Part shown: positions 10,302 to 19,829 of the stretch, in pieces
Position numbering within the stretch: position 1 is the first letter of the stretch
How the letters are laid out: every line of letters begins with the position of its first letter
Virus record (IMG/VR): IMGVR_UViG_3300027749_002876
Location: 248,001 to 312,000 of that record
Reading direction: 5' to 3' (one strand)
Length of the DNA stretch: 64,000 nucleotides
Position numbers and translations under genes: made by a program
Notes under the pieces: model-generated
Database searches by the model: none
What the model was told of the DNA's origin: nothing
What the model saw: only the letters and a program-made list of their open reading frames with translations

Positions 10302-10676
10302 TTATTTTCTTTTGTAACCTTTAAAAGGTTTAACCAAACTTGTAGTATTAGTGTCATCTGGTTCTTGTGATTTACTATAGGGTACAACATTTTTTTTATC
10401 TGTAGGTATAGTTTTAGTAGCTGAAACAAACATATTATGTTCTTCTTCAGTATATGGATGAACAGTGTTATATTTTTCAGCAAAACTGGCATTATCCATT
10501 TCTACTGCATCTTTACTTTTACCATCAGCCATGCTCATAGCCATCATTAAACGGTTTAAATGATATATGCGGTCATAACCGCCTATATCACGGCTTTTAG
10601 AAACACCAGGGGTAGCTTGACTATGATGGTGATGCATTTTGCCTTCACCTTCAGTTACAAATTCAGTTGCTCTCAT
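10302..10676 (-). CDS. probable internal head protein
   Basis: N-terminal MRATEFVTE-G resembles T4 capsid-targeting sequence; paralog of next gene (both end FKGYKRK). Confidence 0.6.
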   Translation of the reverse strand: MRATEFVTEGEGKMHHHHSQATPGVSKSRDIGGYDRIYHLNRLMMAMSMADGKSKDAVEMDNASFAEKYNTVHPYTEEEHNMFVSATKTIPTDKKNVVPYSKSQEPDDTNTTSLVKPFKGYKRK

Positions 10677-11068
10677 TTTCTTTTATATCCCTTAAATCCT
10701 TTAATCGGGCTTATTTTATCTACATCAGGTGCTTCTTCGCTAGCCATTGAACCAATTTGTTTTGCGTCACTAGGTGGCATACCCATAGAACGTAATGCAT
10801 CATGTATGTAATCTGCTACATGAGGATCATAACTTACTATGATTTCATTTTCACCAAATATTGATTCTTTACCATCAAATTCAGGGACACCATCTTTAGC
10901 ACGTTGTTGAGCTCCTTTAGCACCTGCAATTGCTACACCAAAGCGATATTGTAAATAAGGGTCTTGGTTCTTAAGTGCAGGAATTTTAAAAGCACCGGGT
11001 AATGCCAATCCTACATCACGTGTGATTGATCCTGTTTTACCTTCACTGATAAATTCTTTTGCTCTCAT
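10673..11068 (-). CDS. probable internal head protein
   Basis: N-terminal MRAKEFISE-G; ends FKGYKRK. Confidence 0.6.
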   Translation of the reverse strand: MRAKEFISEGKTGSITRDVGLALPGAFKIPALKNQDPYLQYRFGVAIAGAKGAQQRAKDGVPEFDGKESIFGENEIIVSYDPHVADYIHDALRSMGMPPSDAKQIGSMASEEAPDVDKISPIKGFKGYKRK

Positions 11069-11069
11069 A

Positions 11070-11648
11070 TTAAATACTACTGTTAAAAGTCACTTGAGAT
11101 GCAATAAAATGTGTTATATTTGCATTGGCAATTGGATTAGCTAGAATTCTGATATTTCCACCATTTACATCCATGTTATAGTTAGAAACTGCACTACCTG
11201 AAAAGGTTAGTCCATACCCGGTAAACTTGACAGATGCGTTACTATTTGTAATCTGTGCTGATATTGTAATGTCTTGGCTATCACTATTGGCTGGATTACT
11301 TGAACGAATTTGAAATACACCCTGTGTAAATGCATTAGCTGGATATTCATAGATAACTTGGTTAGCTGTTAATCCAGTAGTATATGTTGAATTTGTGTTG
11401 ACTGTTGTGAGAAATAAATTACTAAAGTTATTATTAATCTTACTAAACGCTGTACGTAATGGATCACCTAATCCGTCATTAGGAGTGGCTCCAATATTAA
11501 TATATTCTTGTGAACCGTAAGGTCCTTCACTGCTAACAAATGATAAGGTGTCAACTACTGGAATGGCTTCAACAACAACAGGTGTATTGACAATAGGTTC
11601 TGGAGTCTCTTTTGGTATCTTGCTTGCTTTGATAACTTTTTGTGTCAT
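11070..11648 (-). CDS. structural protein with T4 gp9/gp10-like N-terminal motif
   Basis: INIGATPNDGLGDPLRTAFSKINNNF motif; late-type ATAAATA at 11670-11676. Confidence 0.7.
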   Translation of the reverse strand: MTQKVIKASKIPKETPEPIVNTPVVVEAIPVVDTLSFVSSEGPYGSQEYINIGATPNDGLGDPLRTAFSKINNNFSNLFLTTVNTNSTYTTGLTANQVIYEYPANAFTQGVFQIRSSNPANSDSQDITISAQITNSNASVKFTGYGLTFSGSAVSNYNMDVNGGNIRILANPIANANITHFIASQVTFNSSI

Positions 11649-11675
11649 TATAATTCCTAGACTATAATGTATTTA

Positions 11676-11936
11676 TCAAAGGCCAAGCCAATTCTTCTTT
11701 GGGGCTTCAATAACTATAGGGGTTTTGCTACGTTGTATCTCTTGTAAAGCACGTATTGCTTCCATTTTAACTTGATTATCTGAACTCTTTGTCAAGTCAA
11801 TCAGTACACTAATACGTGCGGCTTCGCTCATTGTAGCATCTCTGCTGATAGCTTTCTGTGCTTCTAAGTATAACTCAAAATCATTGTTAGTGGCGCAACC
11901 AGCTAATAATACACTCAATAATATAAAATACTTCAT
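11676..11936 (-). CDS. lipoprotein
   Basis: signal peptide with lipobox LLAGC. Confidence 0.75.
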   Translation of the reverse strand: MKYFILLSVLLAGCATNNDFELYLEAQKAISRDATMSEAARISVLIDLTKSSDNQVKMEAIRALQEIQRSKTPIVIEAPKKNWLGL

Positions 11937-11945
11937 AATATGCTA

Positions 11946-12206
11946 TTATTTTACACTATCAAATATCTTTTTCTGTTCGTTATACCAATCTTGCCATCCA
12001 TCTACTTTAGTTGAACATTCGTAGTATAGTGAATAGTTCTGTACAATTACTTTCAACATGTCTGTAATTGCTACTTTATCACCTTCAATCTTTTTAAGAC
12101 TTTCGCATTTCTTCATCAATTCGGGGGTAGCATTGGGAAACTTTTGTTTAACTGGAACAACGGTTGAGCATCCAGCTAATAATAATACTATTAGAAGATA
12201 CTTCAT
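11946..12206 (-). CDS. o-spanin (Rz1-like outer membrane lipoprotein)
   Basis: lipobox LLAGC, Pro and two further Cys, overlaps end of the i-spanin-like gene. Confidence 0.75.
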   Translation of the reverse strand: MKYLLIVLLLAGCSTVVPVKQKFPNATPELMKKCESLKKIEGDKVAITDMLKVIVQNYSLYYECSTKVDGWQDWYNEQKKIFDSVK

Positions 12207-12655
12207 TTCTTATCTCCCATGCTAGCGGCTTTATTTAATGTATCAATTACATCTTTAGGTACTGGGCAGTTTTCAATGTACTTGATAACTTCTTCTTTTT
12301 TGATTACTTCTTTATCAATGTATTGGATAATGTCTTTACCCTTTTCACGGATAACCTTAGTCTTTTCTACTATTTTTTCTTGTATCTCTATGTTCTTATT
12401 AGCTGATTGTGCTTCAGCTTGAGCCATTTTAGCTTCCATCTCTTTGACTTTAAGTTCCCACTCTTTATAGTCGGCTAATCCACCCTCAAGGTATACAGCA
12501 AATACAAGTACAATAATGCTACATATTTGTATAGCAAATTGATATGTTTTGACAAAAGGAATGAATCCTAGGACGAATCCTGCTATTGTGCCCAAAATAC
12601 CTAATATAAATATTATATGTATTGCGGCGTCGGGTAGTAATGATAGGATAAACAT
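12203..12655 (-). CDS. i-spanin (Rz-like)
   Basis: N-terminal TM segments, coiled coil, C-terminal CPVP; TATAAATA at 12664-12671. Confidence 0.7.
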   Translation of the reverse strand: MFILSLLPDAAIHIIFILGILGTIAGFVLGFIPFVKTYQFAIQICSIIVLVFAVYLEGGLADYKEWELKVKEMEAKMAQAEAQSANKNIEIQEKIVEKTKVIREKGKDIIQYIDKEVIKKEEVIKYIENCPVPKDVIDTLNKAASMGDKK

Positions 12656-12673
12656 AGTATTCTTATTTATACT

Positions 12674-13753
12674 TTAGAAAAACAATTTTACTTTATCCGC
12701 TATATATTCTACTTCTTGATCGGTTAACTCAGGATACATGGGCAAACTTAATACTCCCCTACTTAACATTACGCTTATAGCCATTAAATCAGGTCTACTA
12801 ATATTCCTATCTTGTGCTAACGGTAAATCACCTAGTACATATTCATAATGAATCTTGCTATCTATTCCATGTTCTTTTAGATGTGACTGTAATCTATTTC
12901 TATCATCCATATACATTACAAACTTCTGATGTGCGTGCGGGTCCTTTGTATCAGATAAACAACGTAATGGTAGTTCTTTAAACTTATCACACCAATACTT
13001 AGCTATTTCACTTCTACGATTCTGCCATTCATCTATGTACTTTGCTCTAACTAATATCTGAGCACAATCTTGTTCACTCATTTTACTATTAGTGCCTACA
13101 TCATGGAATGCAGGCTTATTGTTATCTCTATATGTTGATGCAAACAAATATAAATGTTCATCATTCGTTACAATAGCACCACCATTACCTGAACTAGGTA
13201 AGTTCTTTGTAGGATCAAAGCTGATAGACATACCACTACCTACATCCCCATTACACACTAACCAATGTTGTGCTCCATCTACAATTACTGCATTTGCGCT
13301 AGCATACCCTGCAATAGGCCATGGCTTACGACCACCATATCCCATGACACACGTATATCCTTTTAAACTATTCTCTACTTCAATGACACCGTTCTTGTCT
13401 GTATCAACTAAGTCTACATCCCATCCCGCACTTAATAATGAATTTAGTGTTGCTGGGTAAGTTAAGTTAGGTATACGAATCTTAGGATTATTTTTGAATG
13501 TTTCTAAATGTTTATGTTTCTTATACCTAGCAATAATCTCTAATGCTTGTGTACCACTATGAACTGTGATAGCATATTGTGTTTTAGTACGATTCTTAAG
13601 CCATTCTTCAAACGAACGTGTATAATGCCCACTCACAAGCTGTCCGTCTTTAAGGGCACGGTCTGTGGCATCTAATAACTCATCTCTTAGATTACCGTAC
13701 TGTCTTTTTAGACCAAAATGTGCTATTACTAAGCCACTCATAATATTTTTCAA
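12674..13753 (-). CDS. DegT/DnrJ/EryC1/StrS family PLP-dependent sugar aminotransferase
   Basis: SGTQAL, VDGAQ, SFDPTKNL (PLP lysine), GNGGAIVT, LSLPMYP; start may be 13741. Confidence 0.9.
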   Translation of the reverse strand: MKNIMSGLVIAHFGLKRQYGNLRDELLDATDRALKDGQLVSGHYTRSFEEWLKNRTKTQYAITVHSGTQALEIIARYKKHKHLETFKNNPKIRIPNLTYPATLNSLLSAGWDVDLVDTDKNGVIEVENSLKGYTCVMGYGGRKPWPIAGYASANAVIVDGAQHWLVCNGDVGSGMSISFDPTKNLPSSGNGGAIVTNDEHLYLFASTYRDNNKPAFHDVGTNSKMSEQDCAQILVRAKYIDEWQNRRSEIAKYWCDKFKELPLRCLSDTKDPHAHQKFVMYMDDRNRLQSHLKEHGIDSKIHYEYVLGDLPLAQDRNISRPDLMAISVMLSRGVLSLPMYPELTDQEVEYIADKVKLFF

Positions 13754-14669
13754 ATCCTTCTTCTACATCAGTTTTAGGATCATATCCAAAGTCTTTGCGA
13801 GCGGCATCAATGTTCAATGCCCCACGACTTGGAAAATCTTTATCTTTATCTTTAACTACTAATGTTCCACCACCTGCTAGTTTCAATGCTAATTGTGCGG
13901 CTTCTAACAATGTACGACTGTGGCTCTTAGTAATGTTATATGTCTTGTTCTCTGTGTTATCACTTAATGCGGCTGCAACAATTCCATCTGCGGCATCTTC
14001 AACATAGGTAAAGTCTAATGTTTCATTAGCACCATTTACATTCAATGTACCGCCACGCATTGCAGTTAACATAAACTTAGCGATAACACGATCCTCAACA
14101 TCTAGTGGTCCATATACAGCACTTGGACGAATGATAGTATGAACAAGATTGGTCTTGCGTGTGTAATCTTTGACTAACCATTCACCTGCAAGTTTCATAA
14201 TACCATATTGTCCTTGTGGTTTACAGATAGCATCTTCTGTTACATCGTCAGTAAAGTCACCATACACCATTGAACTACTGATATAAATGAATTTACGTAC
14301 ATCATACTTATCGCTAGCTTCCAGCAAGTTGAGCAACCCTTCACTCATAACACGACTTCCCCAAGCGGGATTACTATTAACTACTTTTTGTCTTGGGAAG
14401 CTAGCCATGTGAATTACAATCTCTGGTTGCTCTACATTGAATATGTGGTCAACTGATTTAGCATCACAAATGTCTCTATCGTAGATATAACTATCTACTG
14501 CTATTTTCTTTCTACGTTCAGTCATCAAATAATTAATTTCATCTTGTGGGATTATACCATAGTTTGTTTTAGTATCCATGATAGATACTAGATGACCCTT
14601 GTCTTGCAATCGTTTAACTACATTGTGTCCAATGAGTCCCAATCCTCCCGTTACTAATATATTACTCAT
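13692..14669 (-). CDS. NAD-dependent nucleotide-sugar epimerase/dehydratase
   Basis: TGGLGLIG, SSSMVYG, YGIMK (YxxxK), DFTYVED. Confidence 0.92.
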   Translation of the reverse strand: MSNILVTGGLGLIGHNVVKRLQDKGHLVSIMDTKTNYGIIPQDEINYLMTERRKKIAVDSYIYDRDICDAKSVDHIFNVEQPEIVIHMASFPRQKVVNSNPAWGSRVMSEGLLNLLEASDKYDVRKFIYISSSMVYGDFTDDVTEDAICKPQGQYGIMKLAGEWLVKDYTRKTNLVHTIIRPSAVYGPLDVEDRVIAKFMLTAMRGGTLNVNGANETLDFTYVEDAADGIVAAALSDNTENKTYNITKSHSRTLLEAAQLALKLAGGGTLVVKDKDKDFPSRGALNIDAARKDFGYDPKTDVEEGFEKYYEWLSNSTFWSKKTVR

Positions 14670-14991
14670 ATTTTAACTTCCAAAATGTTAATTGTTTATG
14701 TGTTAGATATGCTCTAATTTGATATATGTGACCATAACTGTATAGGTCATGGTTACGATGCCAACTAGGTATAGGATTAGAGTTTTCCATTATCCACTTA
14801 CCTTGTTCTGTTTGTTGCCATTCATATATAGGTTGTGCCACCATTAAATCAGGATCTTCAACATCACCCATTCTAATAGTATGAACTACTTGAGTGATAG
14901 ATACTGATTCTTCACCTGTATCAGATATTTGTACCTGATACTTAGGTCTAAGTTCAATATCAGACTGCCATTGTTGCTTTGATAGGGCCAT
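14662..14991 (-). CDS. hypothetical phage protein
   Basis: 109-aa ORF coupled to neighbours; ends FWKLKYE. Confidence 0.65.
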   Translation of the reverse strand: MALSKQQWQSDIELRPKYQVQISDTGEESVSITQVVHTIRMGDVEDPDLMVAQPIYEWQQTEQGKWIMENSNPIPSWHRNHDLYSYGHIYQIRAYLTHKQLTFWKLKYE

Positions 14992-15859
14992 GACTTTGAT
15001 AATTCTCTAAATGTATATCTTGCATTGTCATCTCAAAGATGTTATTCTTTTCTGCGTTTAACATTAATGTAGGCAATGGATAAGGTTCACGTGTTAATTG
15101 TTCTTTAACTTGTTCAATATGATTTTTATAGATATGTGTATCACCTGTGCTGATTATAAGTTCTCCTACTTTCAAACCACAGTGATGTGCCAATAGATGT
15201 ATAAGTAATGCATAACTAGCAATATTAAAGGGGAGGCCTAAAAAAACATCCACGGATCTCTGATACATATGGCAAGATAGTTCACGATTTTTGTTAACAT
15301 AGAATTGACTCATAACGTGACAAGGGGGCAATGCCATTTGGTCTAGCTCGCTCACGTTCCAAGCACTTAGTATGTGCCTGCGCCCATTAGGATCTTCAGT
15401 TAATCCTTTAATGAGATTTGCCAATTGGTCTACTTCAATCTTGTCAACTGCGAGGCGTGTGCCACCTTTGTGTGCCGGGCCCATGTCTTTTTCTATGCGG
15501 TACTTATTCCAGTGACGCCATTGTACTCCGTAGATACGACCAATATCACCTTCAAATTTTGCTTTGTGTTTCCAATAGGGTGACAATGCATTTGGTGTCC
15601 ATATCGTAACGGTATCTTCTCTAGTACCATGGGTAATCTCTGCCAATCTACGCTCATCACTACTGCCTTCAATAAACCAAAGTAGTTCACCGACACAAGC
15701 TTTCCATGCAAGTTTTTTAGTAGTGACTGCGGGAAAGCCCCTACGCAAATCAAAGCGAAGGTGGCGTCCAAAAACACTATGTGTGCCAACACCAGTTCTG
15801 TCATCTTTAACTTCTCCGTTGTCTAGTATATCTTGTAATAATTCTTTATATTGTTTCAT
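14960..15859 (-). CDS. thyA: thymidylate synthase
   Basis: DRTGVGT, ELLWF, YGVQWR, MALPPCH, YQRSVDVFLGLPFNIASY, GDTHIY. Confidence 0.97.
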   Translation of the reverse strand: MKQYKELLQDILDNGEVKDDRTGVGTHSVFGRHLRFDLRRGFPAVTTKKLAWKACVGELLWFIEGSSDERRLAEITHGTREDTVTIWTPNALSPYWKHKAKFEGDIGRIYGVQWRHWNKYRIEKDMGPAHKGGTRLAVDKIEVDQLANLIKGLTEDPNGRRHILSAWNVSELDQMALPPCHVMSQFYVNKNRELSCHMYQRSVDVFLGLPFNIASYALLIHLLAHHCGLKVGELIISTGDTHIYKNHIEQVKEQLTREPYPLPTLMLNAEKNNIFEMTMQDIHLENYQSHGPIKATMAV

Positions 15860-15911
15860 AATTTATTATATCATAATATAAGGAAAGCCCCAACGAATCA
15901 GGGCTTTTTAA

Positions 15912-16208
15912 TTAAAGTTTACCTAATAGTCTATCAGTCTCTGGTTGTACTGTGTCAGCAATACTTTGAACATTAAGTACAAATTCTACGCTAACTATTA
16001 GTTCATCCAGTTCATCTAACTTACGACTAACTGCATCTTCAATTTGATCGGGATCCAATCCTTGTTGTAAAAACTTCGCAATGTTAATTGTTTGTTGCTT
16101 TTTACCTTTAAGTTTGATAATTAACTTTTTGATAAATTCAACAGGAATTTTATTCTTCTCAACATCTTCAAGTATGTGTTCCCACTTATCGATAAATTCT
16201 GGTGACAT
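15912..16208 (-). CDS. hypothetical protein
   Basis: 98-aa ORF, 1-nt stop/start overlap with upstream gene. Confidence 0.7.
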   Translation of the reverse strand: MSPEFIDKWEHILEDVEKNKIPVEFIKKLIIKLKGKKQQTINIAKFLQQGLDPDQIEDAVSRKLDELDELIVSVEFVLNVQSIADTVQPETDRLLGKL

Positions 16209-16876
16209 TAGACACTAACTTTAGTTTTCTTTGTTGTAGTTTTCTTTGGTTTAGTTACTTCAGCAGTAACGCCTTCAAGTAGTGCGGCTTCTTTATGTAA
16301 ACGTGCAGATTCTGCCATCAAACCTTTAGCTTCAATATCCATCTTAGCTGCCTGTTGACGTAAGTTTTGTGCAATAGCCTGATCACCTAACGCATCACCT
16401 GAGGCTTGTAGACCTGTTGGTACTGTTGCATCTTTAGCACCACGCATCTTACGTGCTACTGTAGCAGGATCTTGTATGCCACGTGACTTGTCTAATTCAG
16501 CCATTCTTTTAACAGCATCCTCACCCAATTTCATTTCATCTAGTATCTTGTTAAGTTCATCTAAACGAATTAATTGATTTGGTGAAGGTGTCATCAAAAT
16601 TTGACTTGTCTGAACCTTTTTCAATTGACCTTCTAAATGCAATACTTGTAAAATGGGTTTGCCATCTTTAGTATAGGTTCTGTTTAATGCATCGGCTAAA
16701 TGCTCACTATTCTGACCGATATCACTCTCAATACATTGAATCAATGGATCGTGTATATGCTGATTGATTGTCTCAGTATAAGTGACTAAACACATATGTG
16801 CTTCACCTGGTACTTCTCTAAATACTACTGCAACTTTTCTATCACCGTGTTTACCAACATGTCGTGTAAAACTCAT
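16208..16876 (-). CDS. hypothetical protein
   Basis: 222-aa ORF with GAGGAG RBS. Confidence 0.75.
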   Translation of the reverse strand: MSFTRHVGKHGDRKVAVVFREVPGEAHMCLVTYTETINQHIHDPLIQCIESDIGQNSEHLADALNRTYTKDGKPILQVLHLEGQLKKVQTSQILMTPSPNQLIRLDELNKILDEMKLGEDAVKRMAELDKSRGIQDPATVARKMRGAKDATVPTGLQASGDALGDQAIAQNLRQQAAKMDIEAKGLMAESARLHKEAALLEGVTAEVTKPKKTTTKKTKVSV

Positions 16877-16939
16877 AGTGTGTTCTCCTCTTATATAAGC
16901 TAAACATATTTAATGTGAATTAAACATGTTAAATTTTTT

Positions 16940-17185
16940 TTATGACCACTTAAGTTCATAAAACGTAGCATCCTTAGGGTTTTCGAATGCTATGTTACCC
17001 AAATTGTATTCTACTAGAAAAATTTGACTGACTGGTACAATACAAAATCTACCCTTGATATTATCTAATACCCATTGCTTTGAATTCATCGTCAATGGTG
17101 TATCACTTAATATAAAATGTTTTGGATAAAATTCTACTTCTCTTTTACCAAACCAAATATAGGGATCAATCTCATAGTCTATCAT
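16940..17185 (-). CDS. hypothetical protein
   Basis: 81 aa, ends FYELKWS; ATGA overlap. Confidence 0.65.
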   Translation of the reverse strand: MIDYEIDPYIWFGKREVEFYPKHFILSDTPLTMNSKQWVLDNIKGRFCIVPVSQIFLVEYNLGNIAFENPKDATFYELKWS

Positions 17186-17613
17186 TTTGTCAATGTATCT
17201 AATACTTTATACTTTTCATATGCTTCAACTACTGCAGGAGTTGAGTTATCATTGGTGGGAACAACTTGCATCCACAATCCTTGACCTAACCTTGCCGGAT
17301 GATTATACTGATAATGATGACCATCTTTGCGGCCTGCATTATCAAATACTCTAGGTTGATGAATCCTACCTGAGTAGTATAATCTCGTAGCTAATGCTTT
17401 TACATCAGTCAAATCATAATCACCCAATTCACTCAATTTAGAACGTCTTGGATAGGGATTACCCTCTGCGTAATATTGTTCTACTACTTGCATAAAAGTA
17501 TCATATGTAGGACATAATGTACGTGTTACAATGAACATAACCTCATCCTCGGACACTTCATTATGCATAAGACTAAGTAAGCAACCACCGAGGCTTGTAC
17601 CAATATACATCAT
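17182..17613 (-). CDS. hypothetical protein
   Basis: 143 aa, ATGA overlaps both sides. Confidence 0.7.
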   Translation of the reverse strand: MMYIGTSLGGCLLSLMHNEVSEDEVMFIVTRTLCPTYDTFMQVVEQYYAEGNPYPRRSKLSELGDYDLTDVKALATRLYYSGRIHQPRVFDNAGRKDGHHYQYNHPARLGQGLWMQVVPTNDNSTPAVVEAYEKYKVLDTLTK

Positions 17614-17984
17614 ACAATCAATTTCCTATCTTGTTTAAGATAATCACTATAAACTTTTTTACCATTACTTCTAATCCATTCTACAATGGGTTGTGGATCA
17701 ATTTCAAATACTTCTTTCAGTTCATCATAAGCCATTGTACTATTAAACTCATAAATCTCATACATACGTTGACTGTTTACTTTTGCACGTAGTAGCATCA
17801 TTTGTAATGGAATACCTATTGGCTGACTGGGGATTCGTTCTTCTTTAAGAATGGCAACAACTTTTTGTTTTTCCCATTCATTGTACTTATCCATATGCAA
17901 GTCAACATCATGTAGACTTTCAAGACCCAGCATATCCCACATTGCTAAGTAATGTTTAGTTTTCTTCTTTCTTGAGTATGACAT
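17610..17984 (-). CDS. hypothetical protein
   Basis: 124 aa in coupled operon. Confidence 0.7.
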   Translation of the reverse strand: MSYSRKKKTKHYLAMWDMLGLESLHDVDLHMDKYNEWEKQKVVAILKEERIPSQPIGIPLQMMLLRAKVNSQRMYEIYEFNSTMAYDELKEVFEIDPQPIVEWIRSNGKKVYSDYLKQDRKLIV

Positions 17985-18204
17985 ATAACATTTCTGCTTT
18001 GTTAATTATGTTTGCTAATGAAGGTTCTGTTTCTGCTAACTTAAGAATTTCTTTCCACTCATACCATTTAGTGATATAGTGCTTATTGGGATCCTCTTGT
18101 ACTAATGTTCTATCGGACGATCCACTCTTACGTGAGTAGACCGTCTTACCACCATCCGGGCTTTCGTAAATGATTATTTCTTCACAAGATTTAATCATCG
18201 ACAT
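17956..18204 (-). CDS. hypothetical protein
   Basis: 82 aa, IYESPDGGKTVY motif. Confidence 0.7.
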   Translation of the reverse strand: MSMIKSCEEIIIYESPDGGKTVYSRKSGSSDRTLVQEDPNKHYITKWYEWKEILKLAETEPSLANIINKAEMLYVILKKEEN

Positions 18205-18301
18205 CTTTTATCATTCCCAAAAATCTAGTTAAGGCAATAACAAAGAGCCAAAGCAAACCCAATATAAGTATTGAAATTATAATGTAGTCAAGATAGCTCA
18301 T
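18191..18301 (-). CDS. small single-pass membrane protein (36 aa)
   Basis: Below ORF-track cutoff; MSYLDYIIISILILGLLWLFVIALTRFLGMIKDVDD; TAATG overlap with VWA gene stop. Confidence 0.6.
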   Translation of the reverse strand: MSYLDYIIISILILGLLWLFVIALTRFLGMIKDVDD

Positions 18302-19572
18302 TATTTTTCATCATAGATAGCATAAGTCCCGAATGGGGGATTGGGATTCTTATCACCATGAATGATCCATGTTGTGTCACAATAATCACTATCACCCCAA
18401 CTACCACAGGGGTAGCCATCAGTGAATACAATCAATCGTTTAGGTACATTGCCAATATCTTTCAAGTAAGTAAAGATACAATCAAAGTCAGTACCACCAC
18501 CACCTTGAGGCTCATATGTATCAATCGTGTCCATATTCTCACTGTTAAAATCTTGTGGATTATAAATTTCAGTATCAAAACAGAATACATGAATCTTATA
18601 GCCATCAAACGCATCCATCATGCCACTGATTTCACCTAAGAATTGTTGTGCTTGTTTGTTACTAATACTACCTGACATGTCAATAGATACGACAACATCA
18701 ATTTCTTCTCCCGGTGTCATGCCGGGCATAATAGCATCCATATGCCAACCTCTACGTGAGGGACGCATCCAACTATAATCAGTACGAATAGCACTTGTCA
18801 AATTAGTTTGAATCAGTTCACGCCAAGGCATAACTGGGTTAGTATGTTGGCGAATCAATCTTTCAACACCTAGTGGTAACTGACCTGCTTCAGCACTACT
18901 TGCGGCATTGATAATAGCTTGTTTAACTTCTTGGCGAACACGCTCACGTTCTTCAGCACTCATTGAGGGACGTTTACCTTTACCTTCACCATTACCTTCA
19001 TTATCACCATCACCGTCACCATCCATGTGATCGTCAATCATCTGGTCAAGCAAATCTTCAATAGAGATTTTTTGAACATTCTTCATCAAATCATCATAGA
19101 TAGCTTCTGCCGCTTTACCATCATACTTTTGCTCATATAAGCAAGGCACTGATGTAATAAACTGACCCACTTTGTGACGTTTCAAATCTGCATTAACAGC
19201 ATAGTCATCAGCAATGTTCCAGATTTCGGGATCACGATTGTCACGGCGGCCCATGTGATCGTATACTACGTGTAACACTTCATGGCCAACTAGAAATTCA
19301 ACTTCCTTAGGCTTCAACATCATAATGAAGCGACTATTGTAATAGAACTTCTGACCATCAGTTGCCGCTGTACTACACCATAGATCGGCATTAATCAATT
19401 GCATACGTGTAGCAAGATTGCCAAAAAAACTATGACGTAACAATAGACCAATACGTGCTGTTACCAAACGCTCACGTGCTAGTGCATCAATTTTACTATC
19501 TGTAGGTCCTACTAGATTTTCAAATTTCTTACTGCGGCTACGTTTCTTTGTGGGATTTAATACTTCACTCAT
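18301..19572 (-). CDS. metallopeptidase (HExxH) + VWA domain protein (DUF2201-like)
   Basis: TAATDG, HEVLH, WNIADDYAVN; MIDAS DMSGS, GGGGTDF, VFTDG. Confidence 0.88.
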   Translation of the reverse strand: MSEVLNPTKKRSRSKKFENLVGPTDSKIDALARERLVTARIGLLLRHSFFGNLATRMQLINADLWCSTAATDGQKFYYNSRFIMMLKPKEVEFLVGHEVLHVVYDHMGRRDNRDPEIWNIADDYAVNADLKRHKVGQFITSVPCLYEQKYDGKAAEAIYDDLMKNVQKISIEDLLDQMIDDHMDGDGDGDNEGNGEGKGKRPSMSAEERERVRQEVKQAIINAASSAEAGQLPLGVERLIRQHTNPVMPWRELIQTNLTSAIRTDYSWMRPSRRGWHMDAIMPGMTPGEEIDVVVSIDMSGSISNKQAQQFLGEISGMMDAFDGYKIHVFCFDTEIYNPQDFNSENMDTIDTYEPQGGGGTDFDCIFTYLKDIGNVPKRLIVFTDGYPCGSWGDSDYCDTTWIIHGDKNPNPPFGTYAIYDEK

Positions 19573-19598
19573 AATGATCCTTTAGTGTTTATGTGTCT

Positions 19599-19627
19599 AT
19601 TATAGCACATTGTGTATTTACTGTCAA
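19599..19627 (-). promoter_or_regulatory. sigma70-type early promoter
   Basis: TTGACA-17nt-TATAAT. Confidence 0.85.
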
Positions 19628-19776
19628 ATTGACAAGCCACGATATCCTGCATCAAATGCAATACGTGCGTAATCCTGTGCGGATTCAATACTATACAAGG
19701 CCATTCCTTGGTCCTTTGTCATTCCTTTTGCCCGGGCACTTTGACCCAATGAATAAAAATAAACTTTTGCTTTCAT
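19624..19776 (-). CDS. small hypothetical protein (50 aa)
   Basis: Below ORF-track cutoff; AAAGGT RBS, MKAKVYFYSLGQSARAKG...FDAGYRGLSI; stop inside TTGACA. Confidence 0.6.
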   Translation of the reverse strand: MKAKVYFYSLGQSARAKGMTKDQGMALYSIESAQDYARIAFDAGYRGLSI

Positions 19777-19794
19777 ATATACCTTTATTAAAAA

Positions 19795-19823
19795 AGATGA
19801 GTATGTTCACACCATACTCATCT
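19795..19823 (-). terminator. intrinsic terminator
   Basis: 11-bp stem AGATGAGTATG/CATACTCATCT followed by T-run. Confidence 0.75.
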
Positions 19824-19829
19824 ATAAAA

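Noticed and set aside
7971-15859. Introns/inteins in terminase or thyA, or stop-codon reassignment
   Set aside because: Both genes are continuous and of normal length, and the standard code gives dense full-length ORFs throughout
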